Positions 1 to 13,281 of a stretch of DNA of 64,000 bases are shown here, one piece after another. Position 1 is the first letter of the stretch. Each line of letters starts with the position of its first letter. The notes beneath the pieces are model-generated. The model was given only the letters and a program-made list of their open reading frames with translations. It searched no databases and had not been told where the DNA came from. This DNA comes from Styela clava (taxonomy: Eukaryota): contig NC_135261.1 of assembly GCF_964204865.1 (NCBI RefSeq), forward strand, positions 18,848,001 through 18,912,000, read 5' to 3'. The translations under genes and the position numbers were made by a program.

Positions 1-206
1 GTTAAGATACATGATTGCAATTGCCAGATTATTATTTTGAACTTTATTTGTAGTGAACAAAATAATAATAAATTCCATAGTTTTATACTTAAAAATGGTA
101 TTTCATGTGATAAAAATTCAATTCATTTTTAAAAACGTTTGCACTATTTACCGTTACAGCCATTTGCACTTTTTTATTTGCATGAAATTTTCCAATGCAC
201 AAAATT

Positions 207-318
207 GGGCGCTCCCGAAGTATAAGCACCAAGATGGCGCACAACCTGAACCCTAACCTGGTACACATACTATTATCAGTTTGTGCGCCATCTTAGCGCA
301 CATACTTCTGGATATCCC
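207..318. mobile_element. Small MITE with about 38-bp imperfect terminal inverted repeats, in an intron of gene A
   Basis: gggcgctcccgaagtataagcaccaagatggcgcacaa (from 207) is an imperfect reverse complement of ttgtgcgccatcttagcgcacatacttctggatatccc (ending 318); flanked by aaaatt on both sides (201-206, 319-324). Confidence 0.7.
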
Positions 319-585
319 AAAATTGTAATGTTTTATGGTTTTTTTCTTCGAGTTAGAGCATTAAATTGAAACATTTTTAGGTTCTGAAGAAAAATTTCTG
401 CGTTTCTGTAAAACCAATCAACTCAATAAAATGTTATTGAAGATAAGAGCTTTTATATATAGTTAACAGTAAGAAAATACTTGATAAGAACTTGATCGTT
501 ATATTAACGAACGGAATAGTAAAATACAATAATTTCCGTATCATCAACAACGGCATGAGTTATAAGTGATAAGGAAAATACTTAC

Positions 586-2628
586 GACAGGTGGAGGACA
601 AATGACCGCTGACATAATATCCGGGGTCACATCGAAATGTGCAAATGCTTCCAATTCTATTTTGGCTGCTGCAGCTAATTTGACCATGGGTAAGATGTGT
701 GAAAGCCGGAGAACAAATACCGTCTTTTGAAACTATGGAGTGAAAAAAATATTATATTGAAAACTGAAATGAAACACGAAATTTTTTCAAGATTAACATA
801 TAGCTCTAACTGTGTCTTAATTACATTCCATGGCTTGCCATACCTTGCCAAAAATTGAAGAAACATATAACAAAAAATTATAAACAAAAACTATGTGCAA
901 TACAATATATAATTTTGGCAATATAAATTACGCGCGTAACGCAAGCCTAATATGCTATGAGTAAAAAAATATATATTTTTGTCACCTTCATTATTGCCAA
1001 GACATTCCAACTCTCCAACATTACAATTGTCTGTCTGGCAACAACAGCGACAAACGGAGTTAGGAAACCTTGGATTACACTGAGTTAGATTCCAGGCGTT
1101 CTGCATGTTCTAAAGATAATAAATATATGAGTAAACCAACGAGACACTAAAACAGAATGTAATTAATGCTTATGCATTTGATTTGTCAAATTCATAAAGA
1201 ATCTTTACTTTATGTCGTTAAAACAAATTTGTTTTGACTAACATATATAACGAGAATATCGGTCAGAGACCGAAGACTTATCGATCGAAAGTTAGGGGAT
1301 TCCCCAAAACAGCGCCTTTACTCCATAGTGACACTTTGTGTCCCATCACTAATTAATTATTAACTCGCTAATTATACAACATAAATCGCCCAAAATCATT
1401 AGGCTTCTGGTCCGAGAAAAGACGAATGCACATGCAAAATCTGGAGCAGATTCAATCTCGTTTTCGTGAGATATCGCGTGCATCTAAAAGACAGACAGAC
1501 ATACAGACAGACAAATACCTATCAACATACTTACCGATTAAAATCGATAAGTGATAAGTCTCTTTTTGTAATTTCACGCATTTGTCCAACACTTTTATGG
1601 AATTAGAGTATGTTATTTATACCTATAATTTGGCATACGCATAGTCACTAATTTAAAAAAGTACTTCAATCGTTCATAAAAAGCACAATCGTGTATACAC
1701 GCAACAAATTAGGCTCGAGAAAAAAATTTTTTTTTTCTTATGGTATAAATAAGTATTAATATAATGTGCATGAAATTTCAAATTTACATATCCTAATTGT
1801 TCTTGTAATGATATTGTAAACATTACTCACCTGATTTTGAACGTTTCTACATGCTGTATCTTGTTTACAAAACTTGAAAATTTTGACGTTAGTTTTTAAA
1901 TTCCATCCCCCGTTTCCTCTTATCTCAATCCCACATGTGTTCTGAAATATTATAGCAAATTTACAATATTTTGATTTAGAAATCATCACAAATGTAATAT
2001 TATCTTCATCATTGCAACGAAATTACTTGAATTGATTCAAGTTATATTATTGAGTAGTTCAGCTATAAACATGCGAAGACACGGTTCAGTTTGCATCAAA
2101 ATCAAATTTGTTTCATTGAACATTTGTAACTAAATCTAAAAGTCGATGAGATATGTACTTTTTGCGTTTTTCAATACGAAAAACCTTTCATACGACCGAA
2201 CCAAACCGAATTTCCAGCAGAATCAAAACTACGTGCTTACTTGCGCTCCGTTACACTGTTTCAATTTCCCCCGTGCATTGCAATCTTCTATGTTTCTTGC
2301 ATTTTCGCAAGTCCAGCATTTTATTCCTGGAAAAACAAGTTAGAACGATGAAAACAAATGTTCCTATTTGAGATAAAGCGTGTACGTTGTTCATATATTT
2401 GCATAGAATATTACCTAATCAGGGTACATCTGAGAACTATTGTTGGAAACCATAAAGCTTATGTAATTGAAAGTAAACCCTAGACATGCTAGAATAAAGA
2501 TAACTCGTTCAAAATCAGGAGCTGTTATATCTAAACAAATATTTAATCATTTGCCTATGACACTAACCTTTCGATAAAGATGCCAACGACATCAACACAA
2601 ATAGTATGCATCCAATATGTTGCCGCAT
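586..2628 (-). CDS. Gene A (5' part only, continues off the left edge): secreted Ly6/uPAR-like three-finger + sushi/CCP protein, paralogue of gene B
   Basis: Exons 2628-2568 (signal peptide MRQHIGCILFVLMSLASLSKG), 2326-2241 (IKCWTCENARNIEDC...), 1941-1831 (TCGIEIR...KFCKQDTACRNVQNQ), 1109-986 (QCNPRFPNSVCRCCCQTDNCN), 732-586 (sushi: CSPAFTHLTHGQISC...CTFRCDPGYYVSG). All GT-AG with compatible phases; exons 2 and 4 have the same lengths as in gene B (86, 124 nt). Confidence 0.9.
1249..1552 (-). mobile_element. DINE-1/HINE-like (Helentron-associated) non-autonomous element in intron 3 of gene A
   Basis: Subterminal inverted repeat acttatcgat (1276-1285) / atcgataagt (1543-1552); adjacent internal complement acttaccgat (1529-1538); (ACAG)n microsatellite about 1491-1513 (GTCT-type on the minus strand); terminal hairpin tcggtc-aga-gaccga (1259-1273). 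Confidence 0.7.
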
Positions 2629-2718
2629 TTCAATTCTTTCTTGTATTTCCCTTATTGAATGCAATACAGAATCTTTTCAGTTCGCCTTAAACCGTTCTAC
2701 TGTTAAACTAATTGATGT

Positions 2719-2756
2719 GAATGATGACTCCATGGTGGTTTTTTCAAGTATTTATA
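2719..2756 (-). promoter_or_regulatory. Putative TATA box + initiator of gene A
   Basis: Minus-strand TATAAATA (2756-2749) with TCATTC initiator-like motif (2724-2719) about 30 nt downstream and about 90 nt before the ATG. Confidence 0.5.
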
Positions 2757-5351
2757 CAAGAAGGATAAATTCTAATCGGAAATCCGGATCACGTGCATAG
2801 TGAGTTGATATAAAATAATAAAATTATTATTCGATTTCTAACAGATGAATTTAATGGCTTAATATATAATTGATACACGCTTTATTGTTTTGATACTTTA
2901 CTATCGAACATTATCCACACGATCTAACCCTATTCATGACATGGCTTGTGTTAGTGATTGCACTTTATGCAATGCCCATACGTGAAACCCTTTTATGAAG
3001 GGTATATGAGCCTGTCAAATTGTGCATTCCATAATTGTTTATGGCCGTCGTTTATTCCTGGCGTTCCTTATTTAATTGAACGCCGTTTGAAATGTTCACT
3101 TCTAATTATACAAGTCATTACACGTTTAATAGCTCCGCGAAGGCTAAACTCACGGTTGCTATTTTTTATATAATTGTCAATGATTATTATTGGTGCTTCT
3201 GCAGTTTTATTGACTTATTTTATTATTATTTTTTGTTTTAGAGTCTAAGAACTGAAACTGTTCATGTCTGTAATTGCTGCGTTGAGAGAAGACTTTTAGA
3301 GACTGATCTCAACTCAAATAAAAAAATAAGCTGATTATTCAAATTAATAATCTTCTCGTTATTTTGAGTCGTTCTTAAAATGATAACATTCCTGAAATTT
3401 GTGCGGCATTTTCCAAATCTAGAACATGTACACCTGTTTCTGGCACTGCTTCAACCCGTCCGAAAAATTTTTGACCCACTTTCACCCTTGGCTTGCAAAT
3501 ATTAGTGCGTATCAAATGGCAGTTTTAGAGCATTGTCCATTTGACCCTCACATCAATTGATGCAATATTACATATTTCTGCGAAATTATTTAAGGTGAAT
3601 TAGAATAATAAACTAACATCTGTTTTAATAACACTCCATATTATACATAAATTTTCTCCAAAACAAAAAAGACCAAAATAATTAAAATCAGTGGAGTACT
3701 TAGTTCGATTCAAAAAATTTATTTTCGAATAACAGAGACCTATGCTCCAAAAGGAATCCATTGTTGGAAACGATGTTGCCATGGATTGCTTGACTCAATT
3801 TTTGTTGTTAATGGGAGACTACTTTTTGTTTCGAAACAAGACTCGGCCGCCTAGGTAATAGCGTCCTCTGTTTTGATTCGCTTAGGCTATCGCTACTGTG
3901 GGTAGTTTTTGACACTTCGTGTCCATATATTTCACTATTGCTCTCATTTTCCGGAGCTATCATGGGTCATAATAAAACATATTTGTATTGAAATGCCAGA
4001 AAAATTTATCTCGATTGTTCAACCACTAGATGCGCTATAATATCTGCATGAATCAAAACACTGTACTACTATTTTCTTTTCATTAATGAATGCTATTTTT
4101 TTGTTTTTATTCATCAAACTCAAAAAATTTTCTATAAAATTACGTATTGCGATTAACTCTTATTTTAAATAATAATAAAATACATGAGACATTTTGATAC
4201 TAAATAGTTATAATGTGGATAAAAAGATATGTTCTGTAGTTGTTAGTACCATACGCTAATGGATATGGCATTGATTATATATTTCTTGTGACGCGAAACT
4301 TCGCAACATTAATATACATTAGCGTTTCTTCATTCAGATTCCCTAAGATTAAGACTAAGTGTTTTGTGGAAATTATTTTGATTTATTATCAAGATAATTG
4401 AAGGGTTTGCTATATTTTGTTTGAATCACATAGTACAACGACATCTACTCCATAGCATAATATGTTTTCGTAAACACAGCATCTACTCCATTTTTAACAC
4501 AATGTTTTGGATACTTCTTGATGAAGACATTTTATTTATTCTAAGTTGAACATGAATATTAGTTATTGGACACCAAGTTTACTTATGGATTTATTTCCCG
4601 TATTGTTGTTGTTTTGGTCGTTGGGTCTGTAAACAATCGCTTTCCTTATAAACACGTGATATAGTCGATTTTAAATATTTTTGGATCTTGAAAATTAGAG
4701 TAATTGTTAGAAGGCTATTGATTTTATAATTATTATTATTTTTTTTTTTTAAATTTTTATGAATTTTACATGCCCGATATTTATAATCTACACCTTTATT
4801 TGGAATTCATTGATATTCCTTTAACATTTCATATTATATTTGGTACATTTTTAACAAGTAAGCAGGAAGTACGCTGACACAGTTGTTGCAATATGAATTC
4901 CTTGATTTCTGTGTCAAATGTTTGATCCTTGATATCTTGTTTATACACAATGCTCGGAACGGTTAAGGTCAGTAAAACATCCATCAAATCATTTTATTGC
5001 TTCACCTGGTCGGCAAGCAATTCTTTAAAAACCGTGACAGACTAAAGACCATTTGAGAACCGTGAAGTTCAAATTTCCATTCTCTCTATCAAATAAATAG
5101 GCGACGGTTTATTGCCTGACATAAACCTGGTGATTAGAACACGGTAGTTAGTCACTCGATCAAATCGTCGACAATATTTAAAGCCCCCCTCAATTTACTC
5201 TCTCCATAAATAATCGACTCATAACAATATAACTGTTCAAAATGAAAAATAAGGTTTAGAGAGACAGTATATCATATAGGAAAAAGGCAGAATTTTATTT
5301 CTTGAAAAGAAACGTTGTTTCTTTTATATATTTTCTGGAGTAAGATTCGGA

Positions 5352-5384
5352 TATATAAGGCTGTTTGTCCATCAGTTATCATTC
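5352..5384 (+). promoter_or_regulatory. Putative TATA box + initiator of gene B
   Basis: TATATAAG (5352-5359) followed by TCAGTT (5372-5377) and TCATTC (5379-5384), about 50 nt before ATG 5436. Confidence 0.5.
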
Positions 5385-5435
5385 AAACGGAGATCTTTCT
5401 TCCGACAACAGTAAATAGGACAAGCAAAAGCAAAG

Positions 5436-8400
5436 ATGAAGGCAATTTTGGCATTGATATGCGTAAGCATTGCACTATTTCGTTCTGCGGAAGGTAAGTT
5501 GACTTCGATTTTCTATGTTCGTATTGCATCAGACTTATTCGTCGATTTTCGCACTGCCTTCACTGGGTATCTGGTCAGCGTGGCGTCTAGTCAGTCCCTG
5601 TTTCAGATCAGAATTCACAATCTGAGTTTGAAATATAGTCTATACGCTTATTCTAAATCATACAACCTAAATGAGTGTAAGCCTATTGTGTGAATATAAT
5701 GAGATTATATCAATCATCTTTCTTGTGGCCATAATGTATCGTTGCACTGATTTACAAGTGAAACCCCCATAAGAAACTTTACTTATTTTCCCATAAACAT
5801 ATGTATATATGCATAACAATGGTATATTTTATTATATGTTTCAGGTATAACTTGTTGGACTTGTGAAAATGCCGAAAGCATTGAACAATGCGATCTTGAA
5901 GGAAAACTCATAGAATGCAACGACCCTTTGGTACGTAAAGTATATTTTTTTTATTTTTTGAATAAAATAAGGTTCAGCACTTTTACTTACGAGTGTATGT
6001 GCATCTAATAGAAGTTTAGAGTAAAGCCTTGTTTCATTTAAATAGGATGTGTGCGGAATGGAAGTACGTCATGGCGGTCAACGACCAACTGTGCATAAGT
6101 TCTGCAAACAGAAGAATGCCTGCAATAATATTCAAAACCAGGTAAGATTTCCATTAATGTAACTTGATTGAAACGACTTCTGGTTTCTGTAAGAAATTTC
6201 ACCGGCGATGAAAGTATTTAAATATTCTGATCAATGTCACTTGCATGGAGTCACGAATCGCTGGCTAATTCGCTTAGGTTCAAAATTTAAAGTCTTGGAC
6301 TAATAAAGGAATATATTAAATTTATTTAGAATGCCAAACAAGCTTGGGATATTTCACAATGCAATCCGAAAATCCCCAGTTCCGTATGCAGATGTTGTTG
6401 TGAGCACAATAATTGCAACAGAGGTGGACTAAGATGCCTTGACGCCGCTGCAGGTTTGTAATGGTTTCTGTTTGAAGACGATTCAATGGTCAATTTATAT
6501 GACTATACGTTGTATGAGGGACAATTGTCAGTGAGAATTTCTCACATCATATTCAAGTAAATACATTTCATGTATTGCTCATGCTTAAGTTTGATTTCAT
6601 ACAGATACTCGTATATCATTTGAACTATATAGAATTACAATATCACAAATTTATTAATCATGCAGTTCTTTTAATAAATATGAATTCAACAAAATGTAGT
6701 AAAGCAGATTACTGCAATATTTGTTTCTAAGATACAATAATTACCTGATTCAAATCCTTCTTTGATTTTATTCTGACAAGATTTTCATAAAATTATATGC
6801 GCTGTCATAATTTTTGTTCCTAAAAAATATTCTTAGAGCCAGAAATTTGCACCCCAACTCATGTTTCACCTGCACATGGAGGAGTTGACTGCAGTGACGG
6901 ATCTAAAGTCGGAAGTGTTTGCACTTTTCGTTGTGATGGCGGATATTACATTTCTGGATATCACTTCTCTGTTTGTGGTAAGTTAACACTACATGAGCAA
7001 GAAAGAAATGTGATTTTATTAGAATTGAAATCCTTAATTTGCACGAATTTTTTGTTTGCTTTATTTCTTTATAACTGTGACGTTGAAAACCAATTTTGAG
7101 GATATTTTTTATGAATATGTTCGAAACTTACCCAAGCAAGGAAATTATTTTTAGAATTAAAAGGGGAAGTTAGAATGTGGTCTGAACCTGCTCCAACTTG
7201 TCAACCAATCACTTGTCCAAAGATTCCCGAGTTCAAATTCGGTTCAATCGAATGCTCCAATAACGACCGCGTTGGAAGCGAATGCAGGTTGGTAAACGCC
7301 CTACTCTGACATCATTATGAACTTGATAATGCTTTATGAAACTAATATACATAACCATAGATTGCGTCATTACAACTATGTTTTGGCTGTTTTCAGTAGA
7401 TATATTATTAATAATTGATAGATGCTTTCAACGCTTTTTTTGTGATGAAAAATTCGATTGAGAATGTAATGTTCAATGTGAAATCTCATACGAAAACAGA
7501 GATTCTAAGTAATTTTCAATAACACCATTTTGGAGGGAATAAAAGCTGTTGCTGTTGTTATAGGCTATATTATCTTTCAGTACTGTTCTTTACATCTTTG
7601 TCACAATTGTAACAAAACGCTTTAATTGTTTTAAGATTCTCTTGCAATTCTGGATACCGTCTCGTAGGAGCTGAAATTTCAGTATGCGAAGAAAAAATCA
7701 AAGGATATGAACATGGAGAATGGAGTACAAGCGAACAATTCTGTGAACGTAAGTTTCAAACGAATATGCATCAATGATACGCCTACCCGTTAATTCATTT
7801 AGTAATTTATTTCCTTTTCTAAATTTTACAGGAAAGCGATGTCAGGAAAAATTGTCTTCTCCTGCAAATGGTGATATGGTTTGTACCGACGGTGATTTCA
7901 CAGCATCTTTGTGCCATTTTTCGTGTCACGACGATTTTGACATGTTTGGAGCGTATTACGTCAAATGTGAAGAGGGAGACATGTACGGAAAACCATACTG
8001 GAACGACATTGCGCCTATCTGCAAACGTTAGTATATATATTTTTCAATAGAAGAATTATCTAATCGAATCAGTGTGTAATGAATAAATTTAATTGTATGT
8101 CACACTCAATTTTTTTTATTATTATTGAATTCTAACTTGACAAAATCATATAATTTGAAATTAAAATTCAATTTTCAGTGAAAGAGTGCGTACACAAACC
8201 AATGGCTCCCAGAAACGGGCGTATGGAATGCACAGATGGAAAGATCATCCACTCGGTTTGCAAATTTTACTGCGATTCAGAATATTACTTGACTGGTAGC
8301 ATGGACACTATTTGTGTATCTGGCGCTTATTACGGATACCAGGAAAACAAACTTGAAGACTACAACACTCCTCACTGGACTAACAAAGAACCAATTTGCG

Positions 8401-11400
8401 AAAGTAAATATTTGAAATTTCAAACCTCTTTATTTTACTAATCTTCAATTTTTCACATTTTTTTATGAAGAAGAACAAAAACTAAGTCGAAAAATTAACT
8501 TTTTCAGGAAAATACTGCGATGCTGATCTGGCAGCTCCAACGCACGGAAGCATGTACTGTACCGACGGAGAATACATTGGGTCAACTTGCTCGTTTGAAT
8601 GTGACAAAACTCACTTCTTAGTCGGTTCGATGTCGTCTTCCTGCTTAGAATACTACGACGCTTACATGCCAAAATGGAACAATGAAGCTCCAGTTTGCAA
8701 ACGTGAGTATGAGAAAAAGCCGAGTTGTAGTAAACTGTTTGTTTTTTTTGCAAAATATATCGACCTCGCGGTATTGTCTTATCTGAGTGTTTCCCTCAAT
8801 CTGCACTGCACTTTTTCTCTGTAATTAATCAGCGAAAAAAATGTTTTGCGCAGTAACTAAGTGTAAATAACAAAATAATTGAAAGGGACAGTTTACTGAT
8901 TTACAATAATTTGAACCTAAAATTCTTTATTTTATAGCAAAAAGATGCGGCTCTCCACCATCAGCACCAAAACACGGTTCAATTAAATGTTCTAACATAG
9001 ACTTCTTGGGATCTGCTTGCCAATTTATTTGCGATAAAGCATTCTACAGAAAAGGAAGCGAAGTTGCTGTCTGCGTTGAAGACTACAAATACGGAAAATT
9101 GTCTTGGGACAACAAAACCCCAGAATGCATTAGTAAGGCAGTTTTTCGTAAAAAATATATAAATTATATAAATTAAAATATATTAAAAGTATTACTTGAG
9201 TTTATATTACATTTTAGCAACATATGGAATCTCTGATCTTTTTACTTTTCTTTTATTTATTAGAGGGAGAAATAAAAAGCACTTCGCAAATTAGCATTTC
9301 GTGCTGAACAATAAAAAATATGTCACTCAAATGTGGCGAAAAAAAAACACACTTCACACTATTCTATTGCAGTAAAATTGCACACACTACACCTTGTTAT
9401 TTTACCAATTCGCTACAACCATTTTTTGTCGTCTTTGATCTAAACGTATAAACAAAATGCTGATACGAGCATAAAAATACCATAAATATCAAAATAATAA
9501 TTGAGAAATCAATTGTATGCATTTTGTAAAAAAAATACTAGTAATCCGTATATCTTTAATTTGTTACTTTTTCTGAGGAAACAGTAGCTCATCACGTTAA
9601 AATAAAACTTTGTTTTCTATCATGTAAAAAGCTCTAAATCTCTTTTGATTTACAGGAAAAGAATGTGATGTATCTCCAATTTCCCCGGCAAACGGATATG
9701 TTGAATGCAGCGATTCAAACTACTTGGGTTCAATCTGCTATTACACTTGCGACCTCGCTTACGGTCTTGTTGGATCTGAACAAACTACTTGCTTGGAAGA
9801 TTATAAATACATGACACTTGGATGGAACAATGAACAACCTCAATGCATCAGTAAGTATCTCGGCATGGATGTACACTTGTTTTATATTTTCAGTTATTGT
9901 AATCATCTTCGAAACGCGATCTGATTTCTGCCTCCAAAATATCTTTAAACCATTGAGAAAAAGTTGAAAATAGCTACGATATATGACAGGGAAAAACCTC
10001 CAACAGTCTCAAAGTATTATATTTGTAAATTACAGAAAAAGAATGTGCCTACTTGCCATCAGTACCCTACCACGGATACATGTATTGCAATGATGGTATG
10101 TACTATGGATCTCTTTGCACTTTCAAATGTGACGATGATTACAACTTAGTTGGTGCTACCACCACAAAATGTGCATACCCATTGAAGAAAGCATACGGAA
10201 AACAACCCGAGTGGGATTACGAATCTCCAGTTTGTGAACGTAAGTAAACCTCCAATCAAATAATATATTAGTAATATTAATATCTTGATGTTACTCAAAT
10301 TTCAATCACTTGCACATTTAATATTTGTACATCGAATTTCAGGTAAAATGTGTTACGAAGCTGTTGTCCCCGAAAATGGCGCAATCGTATGTTCTGATAA
10401 AAACTTCATCCACTCCGAATGCGAATATGTATGTGACTCTTACCATCGCAGAGTTGGTGCTTTATACACAACTTGTAAAGAAGATTATTCCGGATACATG
10501 AAATGGTCTGCAGAAGCTCCAGTGTGCGAACGTAAGTATTAGATTTTATAGAACTCTAGATCAAACTTATACGCTCAGAAGTATTAGCTTTTTAGCTGAT
10601 AGGACTTTTAGGAAATCTAATGATAATGTCAGTAGACATCCTCCAAAATCGATTGTCATTGCATCGTACGACAACATAGGAAACAAAATCGGAAGTTTAT
10701 GTTATTCTTTTTGATTTTTGTTCTTTGATTACTCCAACCAGGATTTATTTGCAATAAACAAAACGTATTATAAACAAAAGGTCGAGACAGTTGAATAAAC
10801 ATTTACCACAACCGTGGGAATACAAGCGAGCCTTTACTCTGAAATATTATTTGGACTGAGTTAACAAATTTAAAGGATTCCGCTTACCGTGAGATTGTAT
10901 GCGAATATTGAAAACAACTTTCTATTGCTACAGGTATTGAGTGCCGAAAACTCACAAACATAAAGAATGGAATGATTGATTGCAGCGATGATGAATACGT
11001 GAACTCTGAATGTAAATTCAAGTGTACAGTTGATGATTACAGACTCTCACCAAACACTCGTCACTCCATCACTTGCCAGAACGACACCATGTGGTCTGCT
11101 GACCCACCATGTTGTGCAAGTAAGTGCATTTGTTTGTTTTTTAATTTAAATATGATAATACTTTTGACATTAACCTTTCCCACTACAACTCCCTGTTTTG
11201 TTACTCAATATTAATCATCCCTCATTGATTTCAGGATCCTGTCCTCCTTTTGCCGTCATGGATCTCGTTGTTGTTCTTGATTCTTCCTCATCAATTGGTG
11301 CACCGAGTTGGAAAATTATGCTCAATTTTGTGAACAATATCTTCGAGTAAGTAGCAAAGCGTAAGCAATTTTATGGGCCTTCGTAAATTTGTTATATATA

Positions 11401-13281
11401 TAACTATATATACTTACATCATATAAAATAATACTCAAAATTGCTGAAAACACCGCATGATCGTTACTAATTTTTAGATGCAAATTGTGTAAATAAAACT
11501 ACAAACTGTTTTCAACTTTCCGCCATACAAACAACTTATTTATTAGGCTTCCCGCTGCTTGTCAGCAGGGAACCTATTGTATTCCTGTGTTTTATTATTA
11601 TTATTTATTATTATTTATTATTATTTATTATTATTATTATTTTTTTTTCAAATTGGTCCTACAAACTTGAAATTCACCTCAAATGTGCAGAAGTTCTCAG
11701 CTAGAAATAAAATGCAAATTTTATGCATGACTGACCACGTTTTCACGCTCCAGTGAGCAAAACGCGGATTCAGTTTTTTTGCGATTTCTCAAAATTGATA
11801 CATGGTATTGGGTTGAAATTCATAACAATGATTAATGGACATGTTCCGGATACAATATGTCAAGGATACGCATGAGTGACCTCGGCGATACGCTCCAGTG
11901 AGCAATATAAGATTTTACATTTTCATCTTCTTCTCGAGAACGACATTACTTAGAGACTTGAAATTTACATCACATGCAGACAATAAGTCCCCCATCATAA
12001 TTTGCAAATTTTATGCATGACTGACCACGATTTCACGCTCCAGTGAGCAAAACGCGTTTTCAGTTTTTTTGCGATTTCTCAAAATTGATACATGCTATTG
12101 GGTTGAAATTCATAACAATGATTAATGGACATGTCCCGGATACGATATGTCAAGGATACGCATGAGTGACCTCGGCGATACGCTCCAGTGAGCAATATAG
12201 GATTTTACATTTTCATCTTCTTCTCGAGAACGACACTTCTTAGAGACTTGAAATTTACATCACATGCAGATAATAAGTCCCCCATCATAATTTGCAAATT
12301 TCATGCATGACTGACCCCGCTTTCAGGCTCCAGTGAGCAAAACGCGTCTTCAGTTTTTTTTACGCGGGAAGCCTGTTAAAGCTGCACGCAGCTCTAGTTC
12401 ATGATTGTTTTACTTTACAGTCTCTTCGTGGTTCAGAAAGATGCAATGAACTTTGCTGTTGTGCGATACAACAAAGAGATTGATACAGACACTCAAATTA
12501 ATTTGGATGAATGCCCTGACAGTATTGAAATGCTTAAAGAACTTGTATCAAAGATTCCATACAATGGTTCAGGTAAACATATTGTAAATTGGTTTTTCAA
12601 ACTTCTTCTTACATTCAGCACAGAAGATATATAAATAGAACCTGAAGTACTATTAAAAAACTTAACTAAATTTATAAATTTTATTAATTCAGGAACCTGG
12701 ACAGGACAAGCCATCGATTACGCTAGAACCAACATGCTCCTCCCGGAAGTCGGTAACAGAGAAGTCGCTCCAGATGTTGTTCTAGTAATTACTGACGGAA
12801 GATCTCAAGATGATGTTAAGATTCCTTCCGAAGCACTGAGATCCCAAGGAGTTCTTGTATGTATTCAATTTAAATACTTCATTTTTCCCAAGTCAATAAT
12901 TAATGACTTTTTATTGGTATTTTAATTAACGGTTAATCCTAATGTTGAATAATCTCGATCCCGGTCTATTTGTTATGCTATAACAACGAATTTTTTTTCA
13001 ATGAATTCAACCTATGAATGTTAAATAATTTACTAGAATACCTCATCAAAATTGTCATTCTTGTAATGTATAATTTACGAATTTCATCTACTTTTTAGAC
13101 ATTCGCTCTTGGAATCACACCAACTAATGGTAAGTTGGACATGGAACAACTCAAGGATATTGCTGGTGCTCCTGAGCGTCTGTTCCTTGCAAAAGAAGGT
13201 TTCGGTACTTTGACTCCAGAGTTCGCTAAAGAAATTTCAGAAAATATTTGTGGCGATCCTTGCGACAGACCAATTTATTAA
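5436..13281 (+). CDS. Gene B: secreted protein, signal peptide - Ly6/uPAR-like three-finger domain - 10 selectin-type (6-Cys) sushi/CCP repeats - C-terminal VWA domain; 19 exons
   Basis: Exons 5436-5493, 5845-5930, 6046-6141, 6330-6453, 6837-6977, 7155-7287, 7636-7748, 7832-8026, 8179-8403, 8508-8702, 8938-9132, 9656-9850, 10036-10239, 10343-10531, 10934-11119, 11235-11346, 12421-12571, 12693-12856, 13099-13281 (TAA, then AATAAA). LU-type CWTC...CCC....CN; CCP pattern C..P.NG...C......GS.C.F.C...Y...G.....C.....W....P.C; [14 protein letters not shown]...GTWTG...VITDGRSQD. Confidence 0.93.
11541..12399 (+). mobile_element. HINE (Helentron-associated) element with internal 290-bp tandem core repeats, in intron 16 of gene B
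   Basis: Subterminal inverted repeat aggcttcccgc (11545-11555) / gcgggaagcct (12364-12374); 5' stem-loop; (TTA)n microsatellite about 11590-11640; 3' palindrome agctgc-ac-gcagct (12380-12393) followed by CTAG-TT. Confidence 0.8.
11713..12360 (+). repeat. Tandem repeat, 290-bp unit, about 2.2 copies
   Basis: tgcaaatt(t)tatgcatgactgacc recurs at 11713, 12003 and 12293; each unit has two copies of the subrepeat cgctccagtgagcaa. Confidence 0.92.

Noticed and set aside
3240-3855. Coding-like fragments between genes A and B
   Set aside because: Multiple stops in all frames and no recognisable motif.
11713-12360. CRISPR-like array (recurring cgctccagtgagcaa)
   Set aside because: The intervening sequences are themselves repeated with a 290-bp period, the context is a eukaryotic intron, and no cas genes are present.
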